DNA of 45,228 nucleotides from Deltaproteobacteria bacterium (GTDB lineage Bacteria; JAEEML01): NCBI GenBank assembly GCA_016283195.1, contig JAEEML010000001.1, positions 1 to 45,228 of the forward strand, read 5' to 3'. Shown piece by piece: positions 39,901 to 45,228 of this stretch (position 1 is its first letter; each line of letters starts with the position of its first letter). The notes under the pieces were generated by a model. It saw only the letters and a program-made list of their open reading frames with translations, ran no database searches and was not told where the DNA came from. The position numbers and the translations under genes were made by a program.

Positions 39901-41805
39901 CCAATCGCGAATATATTTACCGTTGGTAATATCTTCAGTGCTGATTTCGCCGCTGACATAGCGCACTATATCAACAAGCTGAGTAGCAGCCACATCGGTT
40001 ACATAATCCCACACGTTAATAGAAGCAGCAACCTTTTCACCGGTCACCGGGTCATCGGCATCAACCATGATACCCCAAGCAGAAGGCTCCTCAGGGGTGC
40101 CAAGAACCTGTACATTATTAAAGCGGAGATCACCAAAACGTGAAGTAGTGCCCACTTCGCCACAAGCTTTATGATCGCTTTTGATAACCGGGCTGTGGCA
40201 GAGAACTACAACCGGCGGCAGTTTTAAGACAGCGGCGATGGCAGCGGTATCGGATTTGTCGCCACGGGCATTTCCGAGATCATCGGCCATTTGAGCTACT
40301 ATATTATCACACTCGGCTTTGTCCCAACCTTTGCTGCGATGGCAGGCATCAAGGGCATAAGACATACGAACAGCGGCCTGGTTATCATCTTGCTGACCAT
40401 GCCACATGGGGAACTGTTCACGACATTTATCTTCATCGGCCCCGGTGCGAATACACTCGGTAAGACGAGCTGTCTGCACGGCGGTCTTCATAGCCATATC
40501 CCACTCAACAGTGGCCTGATTAATGGGGTCAAAAAGCTCAAGTTCCGGATCACCCTCATCAACCAAGTGCCAGGGAATCGTCACAGATTCGCGAATACGG
40601 AAAGGCAAAGTACAGCGCTGTTTAAAGGTATCGCATTGCGAACCGGGAACGCCGGTTTTAGCTGTAACTGCTTCACATTCATCAGCTGTACCGTTACCGT
40701 TTTCATCGCGGTTGGGATCGGAGCTGGGCTTGCCGGTCGGAGTAACTGATGTATCGGTGGTAGCACAGGGCACCCAGCCGGTCATAGCCTCTGGATCATC
40801 GTAGTAGTGGCTGCGTTTCCAAATGTTATATTTGGCGCCGAAGCGGAACCATTTGCTATCTTGCATACCATAGTTGCGATCATAGCCTCTGTAATTGACA
40901 TCAAACATACCAAAGGCTTGGAAACGCTTACCATCAACATGCTTCGGCTCATAATCGGTATCTACTACTTTTTTGAAAGCTAAACGAATAGTTAGCTCAA
41001 CCGGGTTACAATTGCCGTAAGGATTGGTACCGCCGGCAAAGTTGCCTTCCAGCATACAGGCAGGGAAAGAATCGATGCCCCACCCAAGGTGTGACAAATC
41101 CAAAAGTTGCGGTTTGGCAAAAGCCTTGTTGGTAACATCAAAATAGCCGCCTTTTTCGTCATACACAGGGGCATCGGCATCATTGGGGTCGAGCACTGTA
41201 TAGCTTAAAGGCTCATATTCGACACCGCCATAAACACCGAGAAGAGCCAAGGTATCGTAATCATAAGCGTCGGTGGCCAAATTCTCCGACCAGTCAACAC
41301 GCATATATTTACGCTCATACCATGGGCGATCCGAAGAGTTTTCTTCGATAATGTTGAGCTCTTCACCGGTAACAGGATTATAAGAGCGCGAAATATCAAA
41401 GTGGCTTATAATCTTGAAACTAGCGGCAATTTGACCATCGTTAGTGGTCTTTTTGGTGAGCCCATTCCACTGATTACCTTTGCCATCACTACCGGCAATG
41501 CGCTCGTAGGCCAAACGGGCATTTAAGTAGTCTTCGGTAATTTCCCAGCGGATGCGGGACACCTGTTGAGCGTAAGTCGAGGTAAATAAACCATCCTGGG
41601 CAGCACCGTACCCGATATCCACCAGCGTACCACGCATATAGAACTCGGGGTCATCGGTAATATCTACCAAGTCTTCGCCAACAAAAAAGGTCTTAGATAC
41701 TACGTTGGGCTGTACCCTATTGATAGCATCTCTTTCCTGGGCACAGGCTGTTACTAAAAACAGCGCACTCCCGGCTACGGCCAAATATCTCATGGCTTTG
41801 TTCAT
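36922..41805 (-). CDS. Large lipoprotein zinc metalloprotease (metzincin)
   Basis: AAGGAGG RBS; lipobox LVTAC; HEMGHSWGLRH (HExxHxxGxxH); Met-turn SSIMDY; Ca-loop-like DENGNGTADE. Confidence 0.85.
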   Translation of the reverse strand: MNKAMRYLAVAGSALFLVTACAQERDAINRVQPNVVSKTFFVGEDLVDITDDPEFYMRGTLVDIGYGAAQDGLFTSTYAQQVSRIRWEITEDYLNARLAYERIAGSDGKGNQWNGLTKKTTNDGQIAASFKIISHFDISRSYNPVTGEELNIIEENSSDRPWYERKYMRVDWSENLATDAYDYDTLALLGVYGGVEYEPLSYTVLDPNDADAPVYDEKGGYFDVTNKAFAKPQLLDLSHLGWGIDSFPACMLEGNFAGGTNPYGNCNPVELTIRLAFKKVVDTDYEPKHVDGKRFQAFGMFDVNYRGYDRNYGMQDSKWFRFGAKYNIWKRSHYYDDPEAMTGWVPCATTDTSVTPTGKPSSDPNRDENGNGTADECEAVTAKTGVPGSQCDTFKQRCTLPFRIRESVTIPWHLVDEGDPELELFDPINQATVEWDMAMKTAVQTARLTECIRTGADEDKCREQFPMWHGQQDDNQAAVRMSYALDACHRSKGWDKAECDNIVAQMADDLGNARGDKSDTAAIAAVLKLPPVVVLCHSPVIKSDHKACGEVGTTSRFGDLRFNNVQVLGTPEEPSAWGIMVDADDPVTGEKVAASINVWDYVTDVAATQLVDIVRYVSGEISTEDITNGKYIRDWVSANTRAGSGVSQPVISKEEVNRRLASLAKITPEKMAEIKATPVSNELREVINKIAAQNAEVAVSSKEVSANMLEASARMAGARGKPSEAKLFNKAIMQLAGANAAVATSGVMADVVSPLAANNPLVASRLAQMKENALAARGACIMAGGPEPTTMIGLAQELLKKFPAAEGEDDAGRVARYKKMANYIHRKYTYGTLVHEMGHSWGLRHNFVSSAAPLHFRPQYWQLRTKNGTLNTICDTAVDDGDSCVGPRYYDPVSKEEQDNMIMMFTQSSIMDYAGDVALDFLGIGAYDVAAVRHHYGDVVSVFQDKSKIKPSSSIGIGMLQNMDTFGGLFGVKYCEGSGSSCSDFHYSELQKRWKVIDKCYSVEPKEPSWWKENLDGKYSPLLDGLYVKVDGQYTECRQMPVDYVTWNDLSEHNQGSYRAGPCVDPMNRVRVPYSFATDNWADLGNASVYRHDMGADTYEIADFLISMYENRHIFDNYRRGRSTFNVRSAAGRSFGRYNEKLLGLATGLGFYANLYKTYSQYQGYNFDTLWPSIIGWNLQDNALTASMVFDHFVRQLVRPEAGPHYFSKNALEPEVLRSGIDPDGNFDEEKQTAVIIPNGSTGYLKEVGFGGRPLESAYDEDQGEYYSDYTANCGSYYDKINVAILLSESEDRFVSSSRTDYYDARWRAAGMADVYPDGFRRVIANALTGDRSILAPVVAADSSGKILLDSATTNKLDADAAKYPALPIGWKSFWMDDPEVCFTSGGRRVCKSDYASGSFSPIGVDNVVPVDPQIGWEVQKFIIANTLAYIPANSKSNWLDMMTVYRVGKDADPGIERRIEWTDPVSGASYIARSYGKECLFGTGSDCAGGKIVEKGIAARVLEYANELTAKGYVLDTANYPASAENGNRAGFNKYGRAVFDTYSDGTPIVKADSQLVDILNGGANEVPVSDCSKADYDAGNCDALTITSNRAAFALDNYKSVPDYMWQILNDYHLSTGNLIGFYGD

Positions 41806-42098
41806 GTTACACCTCCTTGATCAGCTGAGTTAACACACTGATCACAATTCAAAATTTGTTGGCTCAAAACCAACAAAGTACCCAGCATATGTTTTTTGGT
41901 AGTTCTTGTAAAGTATTTTTTTGCACCCTATAAAATCTATTATATTACAATGAGTTATCGCTTAAAAAATCTGTTTACCAGCACATTTTTTTGCAGGAAG
42001 TTAAAAAAAATATTTCACAAATCGGTACTAATTAAAGCTTGTCTAAAAAAAATACTCATGTTAACTAGCAAAGTCTCTTGGCGAAAGGAGATACTGCC

Positions 42099-43487
42099 AT
42101 GACAACTAATGAAATTCCTTACAAAATTTATCTTACCGAAGATGAGATGCCCAAAAGCTGGTACAATATGCGCGCTGATATGAAAAATAAGCCGGCGCCG
42201 CTTATCCATCCTGGCACCCATCAGCCGCTAAAACTCGAGGAACTAACGCCTATTTTCTGCGAAGAGCTCTGCAAACAGGAGCTAAACGACAGCGATGCGC
42301 ATATTGCCATTCCCGAGCCTATTCGCCAGTTTTACCGCATGTATCGTCCTTCTCCCTTGGTGCGTGCCTACTGCCTTGAAGAGCGCCTGAATACACCAGC
42401 GCATATTTATTACAAATTTGAGGGTAATAATACGAGCGGCAGTCACAAGCTCAACTCAGCCATTGCCCAGGCCTATTACGCCAAACAGCAGGGTCTAAAA
42501 GGTGTCACCACCGAGACCGGCGCCGGCCAGTGGGGCACTGCTCTTTCCATGGCCTCAGCCTATTTTGGCCTCGATTGCCAGGTGTATATGGTCAAATGCT
42601 CTTATGAGCAAAAGCCCTTCCGCCGCGAAGTGATGCGCACTTATGGGGCCACTGTCACACCTTCACCCTCTAATACCACCGCTATCGGCCGCAAAATTCT
42701 GGAACAATTTCCAGATACCACCGGCAGCCTGGGCTGTGCCATTTCCGAAGCTGTGGAAAAAGCCACCTCTCAAGAAGGCTACCGCTATGTTTTGGGCAGC
42801 GTCTTAAATATGGTGCTGCTCCATCAATCGGTCATCGGCCAGGAGACCATGGCCGCCTGCGATAAATACGGCATAGTGCCCGATATTATCATCGGCTGCG
42901 CCGGCGGCGGCTCCAATTTGGGCGGGCTCATTGCTCCCTTCATGGGCCGTAAACTTAGAGGCGAAGCCGATTACCGCATTATCGCGATAGAGCCTGCCTC
43001 CTGCCCCAGCTTCACCAGAGGCAAGTTCTTATATGATTTCTGCGACACCGGCCATGTCTGCCCACTGGCCAAGATGTACACTCTGGGCTCGGAATTTATA
43101 CCCTCGGCCAACCACGCCGGCGGCCTGCGCTACCACGGCATGAGCTCTACTCTCTCGCAGCTCTATGCCGACGGGCTCATTGAAGCGCGCGCTGTGGAAC
43201 AGAGCGCTGTCTTTAAAGCGGCTACAGAATTTGCCCGCTGCGAAGGCATTTTGCCGGCTCCGGAGAGCAGCCACGCCATCAAAGCGGCTATAGACGAAGC
43301 CATTAAGTGCAAAGAGAGCGGCGAAGCTAAGAATATCATCTTTGGCCTGACCGGCACCGGCTACTTTGATATGACCGCCTATAAAGCCTATAACGACGGC
43401 ACCATGAGCGACTACATTCCAACCGATGCCGATTTGGAAAGAGGCTTTAGCCACATTCCGCAATTCCCCGGCAACACAATCAACTAA
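42099..43487 (+). CDS. trpB2: TrpB2 (TrpB-like PLP-dependent enzyme)
   Basis: AAGGAG RBS; YRPSPLVRA, GSHKLN (PLP Lys), TTETGAGQWG, GSLGCAISEA, GGGSNLGG, HAGGLRYHG, PAPESSHA. Confidence 0.95.
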   Translation: MTTNEIPYKIYLTEDEMPKSWYNMRADMKNKPAPLIHPGTHQPLKLEELTPIFCEELCKQELNDSDAHIAIPEPIRQFYRMYRPSPLVRAYCLEERLNTPAHIYYKFEGNNTSGSHKLNSAIAQAYYAKQQGLKGVTTETGAGQWGTALSMASAYFGLDCQVYMVKCSYEQKPFRREVMRTYGATVTPSPSNTTAIGRKILEQFPDTTGSLGCAISEAVEKATSQEGYRYVLGSVLNMVLLHQSVIGQETMAACDKYGIVPDIIIGCAGGGSNLGGLIAPFMGRKLRGEADYRIIAIEPASCPSFTRGKFLYDFCDTGHVCPLAKMYTLGSEFIPSANHAGGLRYHGMSSTLSQLYADGLIEARAVEQSAVFKAATEFARCEGILPAPESSHAIKAAIDEAIKCKESGEAKNIIFGLTGTGYFDMTAYKAYNDGTMSDYIPTDADLERGFSHIPQFPGNTIN

Positions 43488-43527
43488 TCTATAACTTATT
43501 ATAAATAAAAGAATAACTCGAAGCAGT

Positions 43528-43559
43528 TCTAAAAATTGCCGCCAGGCGGCGTCTTTAGA
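43528..43559. terminator. Possible bidirectional terminator between convergent genes
   Basis: GCCGC-CAG-GCGGC core flanked by TCTAAA/TTTAGA. Confidence 0.4.
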
Positions 43560-43560
43560 T

Positions 43561-44196
43561 TTAGGCCAACCCCGGCAAAGCTTCTTTTACTTTGCTGACA
43601 AAAAGCTCACCGCCCTCCGGTGTGCGGATATCCACTTTGGAAGCGTCCCATTGTAACACTTTTAGGCCGTATTTATGCTCACACACCTGCACAAAGGTGG
43701 TGTAATAGGCCTCAAGGCCGGCCAAAAATTCGCGCTTTATATTTTGCTCTTCCACCCGGCCGCGCTCTTTAATGCGCTCCATCAGCATATCAACATCGCC
43801 TATGTGCATGTGCACCACCAGGTCGGGCTGCACCACATCTTTGCTCAGGCGGTGAAAATAATCAAAATAAAGATCCAGCTCGTCATCGGTCAAAAAGCCC
43901 AGGCCATGCAAATATTTGGCAAATATTTCCGGATCTTCATGCAGAGTGCGGTCCTGCACGGAGGAGCGGGTCATTTGGCCGATTTGTTCCAAATGGCGGA
44001 TGCGCTTTAATAAAAATTCCATTTGCAAAGTGAATGACCAGCGCGGCATATCGGCATAATACTTGGCCAAAAAGCGGTTATCCACCACCGGTTCGTCATA
44101 GAGGTCGAGCCCTAATGAGCGGTTAAGTAATTTTGCGGCTGTGGTTTTGCCGCTGCCAATATTGCCGGACATAGCAATAAAATAATTTTTAGCCAT
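43561..44196 (-). CDS. Deoxynucleoside kinase
   Basis: GNIGSGKTT, EPVVDN, WSFTLQMEFL..R, QDRTLHED, RIKERGRVEE. Confidence 0.92.
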   Translation of the reverse strand: MAKNYFIAMSGNIGSGKTTAAKLLNRSLGLDLYDEPVVDNRFLAKYYADMPRWSFTLQMEFLLKRIRHLEQIGQMTRSSVQDRTLHEDPEIFAKYLHGLGFLTDDELDLYFDYFHRLSKDVVQPDLVVHMHIGDVDMLMERIKERGRVEEQNIKREFLAGLEAYYTTFVQVCEHKYGLKVLQWDASKVDIRTPEGGELFVSKVKEALPGLA

Positions 44197-44230
44197 AATA
44201 ACTCCTTAAAAAGGTTTAGTAGCGGTTTAT

Positions 44231-45226
44231 TTAATTTTGCGCCGCTTCCAGGTTTTTAATGCACTGCGGATCGCTCCCGGTAAGAGTTCCGCTAAGGGCA
44301 TATACCAGAGCCCGGCAGCCGGCGCAATCGGCAACTTGGCAACTTTGGCAAATACCTGAATTAATATTTGGCCTGGTGCAGCTGGGGTGAAATTTAGCCA
44401 GTTTTTCCAAAATAGTGCTGAAATTTTCGCTTCTTAGATTGCCTATTGGTATAGGCAAACGGCGGCAGGGATAAATTGTGCCATTGGGCATTAAGGCCAT
44501 CGACTCCGGCCCTAAATTGCAAAGAGCGCCGGTGAGCTCGGCCTCCGCCGGGGCGCCGCCGGCAGTATCCAGCCAAAAAGCTTTATAAGGCAAAAGCTCT
44601 TTGGGGGAAATATCCACTTCTGCGGCCTTAGCTATCTCGTAAAGCACTTTTAGCCACTCACTGGGGCCAAGATTAAGGCCGGCCATCTGCTCGCCGCGCC
44701 CCATGGGTACAAAACGCTCAAATATTACACCGGAGAGCTGCTCCCTATAGGCAAAATCGGCAATAGCGCCAATGCTTTTGTAATTATGCGCCGAAAGTGT
44801 AACCATGAGAACAACCGGAATATCTACGGCTTTTAGAGCTTCTATAGCTCTTAGGAGCTTTTGCCAATGGCCGGCCCCGCGAATGGCGTCATTTTCGGCG
44901 GCGCCCGCCCCTTCTATGGAAATTTTGATGGCCGATATTTGCGGCAAAGAGGCCAGGCGGCGGGCCATAGCCCGGTCTATCAGGGTGCCGTTGGTGATGA
45001 TATTGAGCTCGGTTAAGCGCGGAAAGGCGGCGAGCCGCTCCAAAAGGTCAAAAATATGCGGATAGAAGAGCGGCTCGCCGCCGGTGAGGTTGATGTCTAT
45101 CTCGCTCTCCGGCAAAGTATTAAAAATCTTTTGCACCATTTCCAGAAGAGCCGCCGCCGGGAGCTCAGTGGCCGGCGAATAGCCTTCCTGGTAACAGTGG
45201 CGGCAGCGCAAATTGCATCTATCGGT
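44231..45226 (-). CDS. Radical SAM/SPASM-domain protein, 5'-partial
   Basis: Frame open to the window edge: TDRCNLRCRHCY; LTGGEP, TNGTLI; SPASM C...GTIYPC...CQSC...CAGCRA...DPQC. Confidence 0.9.
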   Translation of the reverse strand, partial: TDRCNLRCRHCYQEGYSPATELPAAALLEMVQKIFNTLPESEIDINLTGGEPLFYPHIFDLLERLAAFPRLTELNIITNGTLIDRAMARRLASLPQISAIKISIEGAGAAENDAIRGAGHWQKLLRAIEALKAVDIPVVLMVTLSAHNYKSIGAIADFAYREQLSGVIFERFVPMGRGEQMAGLNLGPSEWLKVLYEIAKAAEVDISPKELLPYKAFWLDTAGGAPAEAELTGALCNLGPESMALMPNGTIYPCRRLPIPIGNLRSENFSTILEKLAKFHPSCTRPNINSGICQSCQVADCAGCRALVYALSGTLTGSDPQCIKNLEAAQN

Positions 45227-45228
45227 AA

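Overview
A 45-kb chromosomal window, probably from a Myxococcota/deltaproteobacterial-type bacterium. That placement is inferred from the MXAN_5808-like S41 protease, the large lipoprotein metalloprotease and the Cys-rich lipoproteins; GC is about 50% by eye. In order, it holds: hemW (5'-partial); a (GTTCA)10 microsatellite; three Fib_succ_major (FISUMP)-domain surface proteins, one broken by a single in-frame TGA at a Cys position; a ResB-like gene; an S41 protease; oleA-oleB with no oleC/oleD; a divergent NCS1 permease; two tandem ~1065-aa paralogues; an AT-richer defence islet (type ISP restriction-modification enzyme plus an ABC-type ATPase/PD-(D/E)xK nuclease pair); a degenerate SWIM-SNF2 protein; groES-groEL, with a Cys/His-rich GroEL tail; a transpeptidase-only PBP; a hypothetical protein; a putative outer-membrane protein; a 1627-aa lipoprotein metzincin; trpB2; a deoxynucleoside kinase; and a radical SAM/SPASM gene (5'-partial). 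The best candidate for an undescribed system is the tandem pair, whose C-terminal domains carry OspC/CopC/DUF3626-like NAD-dependent motifs with an ExE variant and no adjacent immunity gene. The ATPase-nuclease pair is a candidate anti-phage system. A ~90-200 bp intergenic element occurs twice, 26 kb apart. No rRNA, tRNA, CRISPR array, integrase, transposase or reverse transcriptase was recognised. All family calls come from motif recognition by eye, not database searches.
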